Shown here in pieces: positions 48,881 through 58,218 of a stretch of DNA of 64,000 nucleotides. A model generated the notes under the pieces. That model was not told the origin of the DNA. It worked only from the letters and a program-made list of their open reading frames with translations, and did no database searches. Each line of letters starts with the position of its first letter. The stretch's first letter is position 1. Origin of the DNA: an uncultured Aminicenantes bacterium (GTDB lineage: Bacteria > Acidobacteriota > Aminicenantia > UBA2199); assembly GCA_965195285.1 (NCBI GenBank), contig CBDAFS010000055.1, positions 32,001 through 96,000 of the forward strand, written 5' to 3'. A program made the translations under genes and the position numbers.

Positions 48881-48953
48881 TGGGCGATGCAGGATTTGAA
48901 CCTGCGACTTCTACCGTGTGAAGGTAGCACTCTAGCCACTGAGTTAATCGCCC
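48881..48953 (-). tRNA. tRNA-Val(CAC), CCA not encoded
   Basis: GGGCGAT acceptor stem, anticodon arm CTACC-TTCACAC-GGTAG, T arm GCAGG-TTCAAAT-CCTGC; 73 nt. Confidence 0.96.
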
Positions 48954-48961
48954 GTAAGTTC

Positions 48962-48990
48962 ATTATAAATCACAATTCATTTGACGTCAA
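48962..48990 (-). promoter_or_regulatory. tRNA-Val promoter
   Basis: TTGACG-17 bp-TATAAT, 8 nt before the mature 5' end. Confidence 0.75.
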
Positions 48991-49229
48991 GACATTGGGT
49001 TTTTGAGTTTTTCAAATCCAAATCCAACAATAAGTTGAGCATAGATGATAATTAAACTATCTTAAGCTGAGGTAAAGGTGAAGTTTAAAAATTTTTCAGG
49101 TATTGATTTATTTCTTAACCTTAACCTTTGCCTTAACCTATGTCAGAATTCAGATGGAAGTTAGGAACTTGACAGAAAACCAGTTTCAACATAATATCTA
49201 TTCTTAAAATCAATTTTATTGACTGCGAC

Positions 49230-50567
49230 ATGGATGACAAAAAGCAATTCACCTGTGACTGGATTTTCAATACCCTGGTGGTGCTGTGCGACGGTAAGGT
49301 GGTCTGCGGCTGTGCCGATCCAAACGGTGAACGCCCATTAGGCGATCTCAAAGATGAAAGCCTTCAGTCCATCTGGAAATCAGACCGGGTTCAAAACATC
49401 CGCCAAGGATTAAACCGGGGATATGCACCCTTTTGCCTGGATTGCGGACTGAAAAGATTCCTGGAACCGGGTGAGACCATTCCCCAGAGACCGGTTCAAC
49501 CGGAGACCATCCCCAGGGTTTTCATCGAACCCACGGTTTTGTGCAACCTGTCCTGCTTCGGGTCCGTATGCTCAAAAGAATCGGGAATCATCGATACCCG
49601 GTCCCGGATGCATTTACCCTTGGATACATTTATCCGGATAATCGATGAGATCGGACCTACCCTGGTCAGACTGGATCTGTTCAATTACGGAGAACCCTTT
49701 CTGAATCCTCAGGTCCTGAACATGATTGAATATGTCAAAGAAAAATACCCCGGAGTCTATCTGTATATCAGTACCAATGGCCTGATACTGAACCGGAATA
49801 AAATCCAGAGGATTGTCCGAGCCGGAGTGGATGAATTTACCTTTTCGGTTGATGGCGCTGACCAGGAAACCTACGAAAAGTACCGCTGCCGCGGTAATTT
49901 CAACCAGGTGCTCCGTAACATGCGGATATTTGTTGAAGAAAGGAACAAATCCGGCAGGGAAGTTCCCCACATCAACTGGCGCTGCATTCTGTTCAAATGG
50001 AACGATTCCAGACAGCATATGAAAAAAATCAAGAAATTGGCCGAACAAACCGGGGTAGACCGGTTTACCTGGGAGATCACCGATCATCCCAAAGAGGGTA
50101 TTTCCGCTAAATATCAGATCGGAACCCGGCATTGGAAGGAAATTTTCTACGAAATTTGGGATACCAGCGGTATCAGCAATGCCATAAAAAACAAAGGTTT
50201 TTCAGCCAGGATCAGGGTATTGTCATCCCCGATCCGGGCCCAGGCTGCCCAATCCACACCGGTGCGAGTCAAGGTAAAAAATATCGGCGGTGCACTCTGG
50301 CCGGACCGCACCCATTCGGGAAGGCGCCTCATTCGGCTGGGTGCCCAGTTATTTGATCCTGACCGGAAGATGATCGAATTGAATTATGCCCGGGCTTTTC
50401 TTCCCCACCCGCTGGTTGCTCATAAATCGGTGGTACTCAATATCGAATTGCCGCCATTGAACCGGACCGGAGAATTCTGGTTGAAATTCGATATGGTTTC
50501 AGAGGGAGTTGACTGGTTTGAACCGGCCGGTTCCAAAGTGGTCTGGACAAAATTCACTGTCACATGA
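49230..50567 (+). CDS. Radical SAM protein with N-terminal SPASM/Twitch-like and C-terminal Ig-like domains
   Basis: N-terminal C..DGKVVCGC.D...C..C; CNLSCFGSVC, YGEPFL, STNG, SVDG. Confidence 0.8.
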   Translation: MDDKKQFTCDWIFNTLVVLCDGKVVCGCADPNGERPLGDLKDESLQSIWKSDRVQNIRQGLNRGYAPFCLDCGLKRFLEPGETIPQRPVQPETIPRVFIEPTVLCNLSCFGSVCSKESGIIDTRSRMHLPLDTFIRIIDEIGPTLVRLDLFNYGEPFLNPQVLNMIEYVKEKYPGVYLYISTNGLILNRNKIQRIVRAGVDEFTFSVDGADQETYEKYRCRGNFNQVLRNMRIFVEERNKSGREVPHINWRCILFKWNDSRQHMKKIKKLAEQTGVDRFTWEITDHPKEGISAKYQIGTRHWKEIFYEIWDTSGISNAIKNKGFSARIRVLSSPIRAQAAQSTPVRVKVKNIGGALWPDRTHSGRRLIRLGAQLFDPDRKMIELNYARAFLPHPLVAHKSVVLNIELPPLNRTGEFWLKFDMVSEGVDWFEPAGSKVVWTKFTVT

Positions 50568-50638
50568 ATACTTAAAATCAGATTGACATCCGGGTCCAAT
50601 CCTTGACAGGATTGGACTATTCTTATACAATTCAGACC

Positions 50639-51175
50639 ATGGTTGCCACCGGTTTCAAGCCATATTTCAAATCCATTTTTCTGCATATTCTGGCAGCCAT
50701 TGTGATCCTTTTTTTACTGGTGAATTTTATTGCCACCACTGTAAAAATCAAGGGTTCATCGATGCAACCCATTCTCCAGGACCAGGAGAGAATTATCATT
50801 TTAAAACTGGGCCTGGCAAAAAACCATATTGATCGATTCGATATCATTGTTTTTTCCATCCCGGATATAACCCACAAAAAGTTGATCAAAAGGGTGATCG
50901 GCCTTCCCAATGAACATATAGAAATCAAGACAGGGGAAATCTATATCAATAACCGGGTACTGAAACAGACCGTCAGCTCTGTTTCCACCAACACGAGTGC
51001 GGGTTCAATCTCCATGAAACCGATTCGGATACCGGAGAATCACTATTTTGTCATCGGAGATAACCCCTGCATGAGCCAGGATTCCCGGGAATTCGGATTG
51101 ATTCCCAGAACCAATATAATCGGGAAGGCCATCCTGCGCTACTGGCCCTTTTCACGATTCGGCAAAATTTCATGA
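50639..51175 (+). CDS. lepB: Signal peptidase I
   Basis: GSSMQP, IKRVIGLP, GDN..S.DSR; TTGACA-17-TACAAT 7 nt before ATG 50639. Confidence 0.9.
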   Translation: MVATGFKPYFKSIFLHILAAIVILFLLVNFIATTVKIKGSSMQPILQDQERIIILKLGLAKNHIDRFDIIVFSIPDITHKKLIKRVIGLPNEHIEIKTGEIYINNRVLKQTVSSVSTNTSAGSISMKPIRIPENHYFVIGDNPCMSQDSREFGLIPRTNIIGKAILRYWPFSRFGKIS

Positions 51176-52491
51176 GAAAATCAGGCTCACTGTTTTTAAT
51201 AAGCACTTTTCTATCCGCCATTCTCATCGGCACCCTGCTGCTCATGTTGCCGTTTTCCACTCAGGGCCGTTCCATAAGCCTCGAAAATGCCCTGTTCACT
51301 TCCGCCTCTGCAGTTACTGTCACCGGCCTGATTGTGGTGGATACATCGAGTTATTTTACCTTTTTCGGAAAACTGGTCATCCTGATCCTGATGCAATTCG
51401 GGGGGCTGGGATTCATGACGGTTTCAACCCTCATCATCCTGCTGGTGGGGAAAAGCATTTCGCTGTCCGATAAATTTCGGATTGAAAATGAATTCACATC
51501 CGGTCATTACAAGAATATCGCCGAATTGGTCAAAAAAATCTTTTTCATGACCGTCATCTTTGAGGCTGCCGGCTCCATGATTCTATTTTTCCAGTTTTCG
51601 GAACTGGCCTTGAAAGAGCGAATCTTCAGTTCGGTCTTTCATTCGATTTCAGCATTCTGCAATGCCGGTTTTTCGGTTTTCGGAAACAGTTTCGAATCTT
51701 ATCACTCCCGAACCGGTATAAATGTCACCCTGATGGTATTGATCATTGCCGGTGGAATTGGCTTTCTGGTGCTAAATGAAATATATTTACTGGGCCGGGG
51801 CAAAATAAAGAAAATATCCAGGCTCTCCCTTCATTCCAAACTGGTCATCATTACCAGCCTGCTGTTGATCGTTATTGGTTTTGGACTCATATTAATCGAA
51901 GAACTTTTGAACAAAAGCAATACCCTGCCCCTGAAAACCAAAATTCTTACTTCGCTTTTTCAGTCTGTTACCGCCAGGACTGCCGGTTTCAACACCGTCA
52001 ATCTAAACCTGTATGCCTCAGCCTCGGTATTTATCCTATTAACACTGATGTTTATCGGTGCCTCTCCGGGATCAACCGGAGGGGGAGTCAAAACCTCCTC
52101 CCTGGGAATGGTTTTTGCCTATCTGCGTTCACGGATACGCAACCGGGAGAACATTGACCTCTTTTACCGCCATATCCCCTCCAAGACCATTGAAAAATCG
52201 TTCATGGTCATATTCCTGGCCCTGTCACTTATCTGTCTGTCATTTGTGTTGCTGCTCAGTTTCGAAAAAGAATTTAAGGTGATTGAACTGCTGTTTGAAA
52301 CCATATCGGCTTTCGGTACCGTGGGATTGAGCATGGGGGTTACCGCCAAGCTGTCCCTGGCTTCCAAAATTATCATCATCATCACCATGTTCATCGGAAG
52401 GATCGGGCCGCTTACAATTCTGGTGGCCCTGAGCCGAAGAGAATCCAAAGCAGACTATCAATATCCGGAAGAAAATATTATGATCGGATAG
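51172..52491 (+). CDS. ktrB: Ktr/Trk potassium uptake membrane subunit
   Basis: Four filter motifs: TVTGL, CNAGF, RTAGF, GTVGL. Confidence 0.9.
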   Translation: MRKSGSLFLISTFLSAILIGTLLLMLPFSTQGRSISLENALFTSASAVTVTGLIVVDTSSYFTFFGKLVILILMQFGGLGFMTVSTLIILLVGKSISLSDKFRIENEFTSGHYKNIAELVKKIFFMTVIFEAAGSMILFFQFSELALKERIFSSVFHSISAFCNAGFSVFGNSFESYHSRTGINVTLMVLIIAGGIGFLVLNEIYLLGRGKIKKISRLSLHSKLVIITSLLLIVIGFGLILIEELLNKSNTLPLKTKILTSLFQSVTARTAGFNTVNLNLYASASVFILLTLMFIGASPGSTGGGVKTSSLGMVFAYLRSRIRNRENIDLFYRHIPSKTIEKSFMVIFLALSLICLSFVLLLSFEKEFKVIELLFETISAFGTVGLSMGVTAKLSLASKIIIIITMFIGRIGPLTILVALSRRESKADYQYPEENIMIG

Positions 52492-52526
52492 TGTAAATCC
52501 ATAAATTTGAGCAAAGAGGAGGATGT

Positions 52527-53189
52527 ATGAAAAAATTTGCGATCATCGGATTGAGTAGTTTCGGCCTCAACATCGTAAAAACCCTGGCTCAGAAGAACGT
52601 GGAAATCCTGGCCATCGACAAGGATGAGAACAAGGTGAAGGAAATAAAGGATATCGTTAATCAGGCCATTACCATGGATGCCTCCAACAAGGAAAACCTC
52701 TCTTCGGTCGGTATTACGGAAATGGATTTTGTAATCGTGAGCACCGGCCCCTCCCTGGAACCGAGTATACTGACAGTTCATATTCTCAAAGAACTGGGTG
52801 TGAAGAAGATCATTGCCAAGGCCCTGTCCGAAGACCATGAAAAAATTCTCAACCTGGTCGGCGCCACCGAAGTCTCTTTCCCGGAAAGGGATGTGGCCAT
52901 CAAAATCGGAAACCGGCTGACCTTCAGCAACCTTCTTGATTATCTGCCCCTTGAATCCGGCTTTGTTATACAGGAAATTGCACCACCGGATTCATTTATC
53001 GGAAAAACCCTGGCAGAAATTCACCTCCGGAAGAAACACAACATAACAGTGGTAGCCATCAAATCCATTATCCCGGAAAAAACCATTCCCAATCCGGGCG
53101 GAGATTTTCTGGTTAAGGAAAGTGATATTCTTATTGTGCTCGGCAGCACGGAAGACATTGAAAAATTTCAAAAAAAATTAAATCAATAA
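52527..53189 (+). CDS. ktrA: Ktr/Trk RCK regulatory subunit
   Basis: IIGLSSFG Rossmann motif, PERD, RCK-C domain. Confidence 0.88.
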   Translation: MKKFAIIGLSSFGLNIVKTLAQKNVEILAIDKDENKVKEIKDIVNQAITMDASNKENLSSVGITEMDFVIVSTGPSLEPSILTVHILKELGVKKIIAKALSEDHEKILNLVGATEVSFPERDVAIKIGNRLTFSNLLDYLPLESGFVIQEIAPPDSFIGKTLAEIHLRKKHNITVVAIKSIIPEKTIPNPGGDFLVKESDILIVLGSTEDIEKFQKKLNQ

Positions 53190-53231
53190 TACCCCTCCTG
53201 AGCAATAAGCTGCCCAAAAGGACATTTTATT

Positions 53232-55385
53232 CTATCGATTAATGCCCAGCAAATCCAGCATAAAAACGTATTCCATGGCAGTTTCTTTATACCGTCTGAA
53301 TCTGCCCGAGACTCCGCCATGACCGGCTTCCATATTAATTTGTAATAGTATTTTATTCCGGCTGGTGTTCATTTCACGTAATTTTTGAATCCATTTGACC
53401 GGCTCAAAGTACTGGACCTGGGAATCATGCAAACCGGTGGTTACCAGCATAGCAGGATAGGGTTTGGCTTCCACGTTGTCATATGGAGAATAGGATAACA
53501 TATATTCATAATAATCTTTCTGTCTCGGATCACCCCATTCATCGAATTCGGCTGTTGTCAGGGGGATACTATCATCCAGCATGGTGGTCACCACATCCAC
53601 CCACGGAACACCGGCAATAATTCCTCTGAATAGCTCAGGCTCCATATTAACCACGGCTCCCATCAACAAACCTCCGGCACTTCCCCCCATGGCAAACAAT
53701 TTCTCTGAACACGTATATTTTTCTTGAATTAAATATTTAGCACAATCAATAAAATCATAAAAGGTGTTTTTCTTTTTTAACAGCTTTCCATCTTCATACC
53801 ACTGCCTGCCCATTTCCTGCCCACCCCGGATATGGGCAATGGCAAAAATAAATCCCCGGTCCAAAAGACTCAACCGAACCGAACTGAAATAGGGATCCAT
53901 GCTTGCTCCATATGACCCGTAACCGTAAAGTAACAGAGGATTTTTTCCATTTCTTGTCATTCCCTTTTTATATACCAGTGAGACAGGAACCCGGGTGTTA
54001 TCCCTGACCGCTACATTGAACCTCTCGCCATGATAATTTCCAGGATCAAAATCTCCAACAATCTCCTCTTGTTTAAGGAGTTTTTGCTTTCGGGTATTCA
54101 TATTATAATCAAAAATGGATTTCGGTGTGGTAAGAGATGTATAGCCATACCTTAACACATCGGTCTCGAATTCGGGATTTGTGGAGATATATGACATGTA
54201 AGCATCTTCTCCAAACCTGATATAGTGATCTCCTTTTCCATCCCATTTCTTTACTCTTAACTGCCGCAATCCCTCTTTTCTCTCACCTAAAACCAGAAAG
54301 TTCTTGAATATTTCAAAATTCATTAACTGGACATCATCACGATGGGAAATGACATCCAGCCAGTTCTCCTTTGATGGTGAGGCAATGGGTGCCTTGATCA
54401 ATTTGAAGTTTTTGGCCCGGTAATTGGTACAGATATAAAAATAATCCCCATACTGGTCGACATCATATTCCAGGTTTTTTTCACGCCTTTGAATAACCTT
54501 GAATTGATCATCGGGGTAATCTGCATTGATAAACCGATATTCAGATGATAAAGTATGGAATGAGCCGATAAAAATGTATTTTCTGGATTTGGACTTAAAT
54601 ACATAAGTGGCGAAAGTGGGATCCTTTTCATGAAATATCTCCCTGTCATGTGAAACATCGGTTCCTATAACATGCTTAATAATTTTGTAAGATCTTAAGG
54701 TATTATCCTTCATGGAATAAAAAACCGTTTTGTTGTCATTGGCCCAGGCGGCTCTCCCGGTGGTATTGATCAGTTCATCCTTCAATATTTCACCGGATTT
54801 AAGATTCTTAAAATAAATCTTATATTTCCGCCTGCTTACCGTATCAACCCCAAAGGCCAGCATATTATTGTCGGGGCTGACTGAATGCCCGGCTACATGA
54901 AAGAAATCATAATCCCTGGCCATCTCATTCACATCCAGAAGTATTTCTTCCTTATTCTTTAAATTTCCCTTCTTTCGGCAGTAAATGGGATACTCCTCTT
55001 CTCCTTTATAGCGTTGATAATAATAATATCCCTGGTATTTATAGGGTACGGACATGTCGGTTTTCTTAATCCTTCCCACGATCTCATCATAGAGTTTCGT
55101 TTGCAGCGCTTCGGCAGGTTTTAAAACCGAATCTTTATACCAATTCTCCGCTTGCAGGTGTTTGATAACTTCAGGATTCTCCCTTTGATTCAACCAGTAA
55201 TAATAATCAATCCGGGTATGCCCGTGGATAGTCAATTCTTTCTTGATTTTTTTGACTATCGGCGGTGCAATCTCTTTTTCATTTTTATTTTTCTGAGAAT
55301 AACCCAGGCCAAAAAACAAAATGAAAATAGCGGTCATAATAAAAATATGACCCGTCAATCTCTGAAAAGTCTTATGATAATTCAT
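53232..55385 (-). CDS. ptrB: Oligopeptidase B (S9A), secreted
   Basis: GYGSYG, RGG.E.G..W, GGSAGG, HDSQV, AGHGG; AAGGAGG RBS before ATG 55385. Confidence 0.92.
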   Translation of the reverse strand: MNYHKTFQRLTGHIFIMTAIFILFFGLGYSQKNKNEKEIAPPIVKKIKKELTIHGHTRIDYYYWLNQRENPEVIKHLQAENWYKDSVLKPAEALQTKLYDEIVGRIKKTDMSVPYKYQGYYYYQRYKGEEEYPIYCRKKGNLKNKEEILLDVNEMARDYDFFHVAGHSVSPDNNMLAFGVDTVSRRKYKIYFKNLKSGEILKDELINTTGRAAWANDNKTVFYSMKDNTLRSYKIIKHVIGTDVSHDREIFHEKDPTFATYVFKSKSRKYIFIGSFHTLSSEYRFINADYPDDQFKVIQRREKNLEYDVDQYGDYFYICTNYRAKNFKLIKAPIASPSKENWLDVISHRDDVQLMNFEIFKNFLVLGERKEGLRQLRVKKWDGKGDHYIRFGEDAYMSYISTNPEFETDVLRYGYTSLTTPKSIFDYNMNTRKQKLLKQEEIVGDFDPGNYHGERFNVAVRDNTRVPVSLVYKKGMTRNGKNPLLLYGYGSYGASMDPYFSSVRLSLLDRGFIFAIAHIRGGQEMGRQWYEDGKLLKKKNTFYDFIDCAKYLIQEKYTCSEKLFAMGGSAGGLLMGAVVNMEPELFRGIIAGVPWVDVVTTMLDDSIPLTTAEFDEWGDPRQKDYYEYMLSYSPYDNVEAKPYPAMLVTTGLHDSQVQYFEPVKWIQKLREMNTSRNKILLQINMEAGHGGVSGRFRRYKETAMEYVFMLDLLGINR

Positions 55386-55407
55386 ATAACCCTCCTTTTT
55401 ATTTTTA

Positions 55408-56397
55408 TCATTTATAATATTCTTTAAGTATCTCATCCATCACCCGGTTGGTTCGGGCCGCAGAAATCCCGGTGCTGGGACACGATCCCCGGCCCATCAG
55501 TTCATCCACCACCGAAGTGATTAACGGTTGCTGAATATGCCTGGGATTGATCCGTCGGTACCGCTGACTGACCTTCCCCCGTTTCCACAGAACCGGGGAA
55601 AAATCAAAAGTCGAGAATACAATTTTCCCCTCACTGCCGACAATTTCAATCCGATCGGTTTCATTGGCCCGGGGTGCGGCAAAACACCAGCTTCCACAGC
55701 CAGAGATACCCGATCTAAAACAAAAACTGGCATTGACCGTATCCTCGGCCCGATACCAGCCTGCCTGATTGGAAACCATGGATTTGACCGTAGCAATCGG
55801 TCCCAGCAAATGATCCAGCAAATCCAGTTGATGGGAACCCAGATCCACAAACAGGCCCCCTCCGGATATCTCCGGAATATACCGCCAGGGCAGATGTTCA
55901 GGGTCCGGCTTTTTTTCGGGCAGGGCACGCCATAATTTCAGCTGCACCAATCGAATATCCCCGATAGCACCCTGGAGCAAGAGGGAATTGACTTTCTGGA
56001 AATAGGGAAGGCAGCGACGATAGTAGGCTACAAAAAGTTTGACCCCGGACCGTTCCGCGGCCCGAATCATTTCCCGGCATTCCCGGTAATTCAAGGCCAT
56101 GGGCTTTTCCACATAGACATGTTTCCCCGCATTGGCGGCCATAATAGCATATTTGGCATGAGATGAAGGTGGAGTGGCGATATATATGGTATCAACTTCG
56201 GGATCGGCAATTAATTTTTCTGCATCATCATACCAGGACGGCACTCCATGGCAGCGAGCATAATCACGGGCCCGGGCCGCATTCCGACTCATAACCGCCA
56301 CCAGCCTGGAATCCCTGACCCGGTTGAAGGCCGGACCGCTTTTCTTCTCGGTCACACTGCCGCAACCGATCATTCCCCAATTGACCTGTCTCATCAT
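55408..56397 (-). CDS. Gfo/Idh/MocA oxidoreductase
   Basis: GCG.VTEKKSGP, EKPMA, DLGSH. Confidence 0.9.
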   Translation of the reverse strand: MMRQVNWGMIGCGSVTEKKSGPAFNRVRDSRLVAVMSRNAARARDYARCHGVPSWYDDAEKLIADPEVDTIYIATPPSSHAKYAIMAANAGKHVYVEKPMALNYRECREMIRAAERSGVKLFVAYYRRCLPYFQKVNSLLLQGAIGDIRLVQLKLWRALPEKKPDPEHLPWRYIPEISGGGLFVDLGSHQLDLLDHLLGPIATVKSMVSNQAGWYRAEDTVNASFCFRSGISGCGSWCFAAPRANETDRIEIVGSEGKIVFSTFDFSPVLWKRGKVSQRYRRINPRHIQQPLITSVVDELMGRGSCPSTGISAARTNRVMDEILKEYYK

Positions 56398-56435
56398 TCA
56401 CCTGTTGCTAACAATGGAAAAGGAAAGAGAGATCA

Positions 56436-58121
56436 TCATCGGATGGATCTTACCGGGCGGACTGAAACATGAAGCCAGGGGGGATAGGTGAACAAACCCG
56501 CCTGTCCCTTGTAATTAAAAAGAATCACATAGTAACGCTGGTCTTGCTGTATATCTCCGGTCCAGAGATGCCGCTGGTTGGGTGAAAATATCGGGTCAAT
56601 ATACAGATCGCCATTGCTCTTCCGGTTCTCAACCAGGCTGGCTCCCTCCTCCAGTGTGGGGAGCCTCCAGTCATGAAAACCCGCATATCCCTTCTGGTTA
56701 AAGTTTCGTAACCACTTGCCGGCATTCTCAAAAACCATGCTATCCGGGGATCCGGCCTGATGCCACATCAAACCGGTAGCCAGATCAACCACCACCCGGT
56801 CATTCCCGATCTTCCTCAACTGAAATTTGTTTTTAAACTGGCCGGTTTTATTGGCAGCGCTATCATAAAAACCGTACTTTTTCAATACGGACCGGGCAGC
56901 TTTTTTGGATACCGTCTGATAACGTGAACGAAAACGGCGTCCCGGCCAGGAGGGCGTCCTGGGTTTTGGCTGCTTTTCCACGGCTGTTTTTCGGGCAGTT
57001 TTCTTTTTGATCGGGGTCGGTTCGCTTTTACCCGGCCCGGGTACGGACTGCCAGTAGCGAATTCTGGTTTCCGAATAGGCCCGTAACTGCTCATCCTGTT
57101 CGCTATAGGGATTGTTTTGATTGAAATTTTTCAATATTTTTTCCCAGGCCTTCTTCTTGGTTTCTGAGGAAATCACCGCATCCCCATCAATTTTCTTCAT
57201 CGTCTCAACATTCTGAACCATTTTTTCCTGCCAGTTCCTCCAGGCGGCTTCCCGTTTCAGTTTTTCCAGGTCAAGCTCAGGGGGATCGGCCGGCAGAGTC
57301 GGTTTTTTATCATAAAAATAAAAGTTCCCCATCAAGGACGATGATTCCCAGGGTATCTGGGCACCCCGGGTCTCAGCCGATACCCCCCTTCTCACCTGGC
57401 GCAGCAGATGGGCAATCTCAAGTTCGCTCTCCCGGATCACCCGGATGAGATGTTTGGTAAAAATGCCATTGCGGCCCTGTCCATCCGCTGCAGTTTTTCC
57501 CGGACTAGTTGAATAAACGATCAGACTGCCCCGGGGGGCATCCATCCGGGCTAAACCCCGGGTTCCGGAACGGAAGCTACGGGCAAAGGGATTATCCCGG
57601 CAAGCATCCAGGATCAGTATGTTCAATTTATTCCCTGCCGCCTCCATCTTGCTCAGAATAAAATTGGCATCAACTGCCTTGAACTTGATCTCATCTTCTG
57701 CCAGAATTTTTGAATCCACCGGTATCAGGTAGTTCACGCCGTCGACCTGCATCCCGTGACCGGCATAATAAAAAAGCCCGATACCGCCCCGGCTGATTTT
57801 CTTCCCGAACCTACGGATGGCTGTTTCCATCAGCTGGTGGCCTGCATTTTTATATACACTGACTTCAAAACCACAATCCTCGAGCAGATCAGCCATATCA
57901 CTGGCATCATGAACCGGGTTTTTCAGTAAAGCGGTCTTGTAGTCACCGTTGCCAATCACCAGGGCATAACGTTCTGAACCCCCGGGTTGGATCAATTCAA
58001 CTCCGCGCCGGGTTTTGTCAAGCAGACTATCGGTCCGGTCTTTATCTCCGGACTGACCGCAGGCAGCCCAAAACACCAGTAAAAACAACAGGGAAAATAC
58101 TCTACGGATGGTTTTTGACAT
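56436..58121 (-). CDS. Lipoprotein with caspase-like (C14) domain and C-terminal DUF1566/Lcl domain
   Basis: Lipobox WAAC; ALVIGN..Y, YAGHG, LDACR dyad; D.ATGLMW, DWRLPT..E, VRPVR. Confidence 0.85.
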   Translation of the reverse strand: MSKTIRRVFSLLFLLVFWAACGQSGDKDRTDSLLDKTRRGVELIQPGGSERYALVIGNGDYKTALLKNPVHDASDMADLLEDCGFEVSVYKNAGHQLMETAIRRFGKKISRGGIGLFYYAGHGMQVDGVNYLIPVDSKILAEDEIKFKAVDANFILSKMEAAGNKLNILILDACRDNPFARSFRSGTRGLARMDAPRGSLIVYSTSPGKTAADGQGRNGIFTKHLIRVIRESELEIAHLLRQVRRGVSAETRGAQIPWESSSLMGNFYFYDKKPTLPADPPELDLEKLKREAAWRNWQEKMVQNVETMKKIDGDAVISSETKKKAWEKILKNFNQNNPYSEQDEQLRAYSETRIRYWQSVPGPGKSEPTPIKKKTARKTAVEKQPKPRTPSWPGRRFRSRYQTVSKKAARSVLKKYGFYDSAANKTGQFKNKFQLRKIGNDRVVVDLATGLMWHQAGSPDSMVFENAGKWLRNFNQKGYAGFHDWRLPTLEEGASLVENRKSNGDLYIDPIFSPNQRHLWTGDIQQDQRYYVILFNYKGQAGLFTYPPWLHVSVRPVRSIR

Positions 58122-58218
58122 GACCCGATACTCCTTGTTCTTTGATCGAACTCTATTCCATTTTAAAAAAGGAAAAACAAAATGTCAATTGCAGAACGGA
58201 ACCGGTAACCTCTGGGAG

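Noticed and set aside
43002-49006. ORFs overlapping the tRNA and att copies (43002-43220, 43034-43363, 48754-48963, 48797-49006)
   Set aside because: Spurious translations of tRNA and att sequence.
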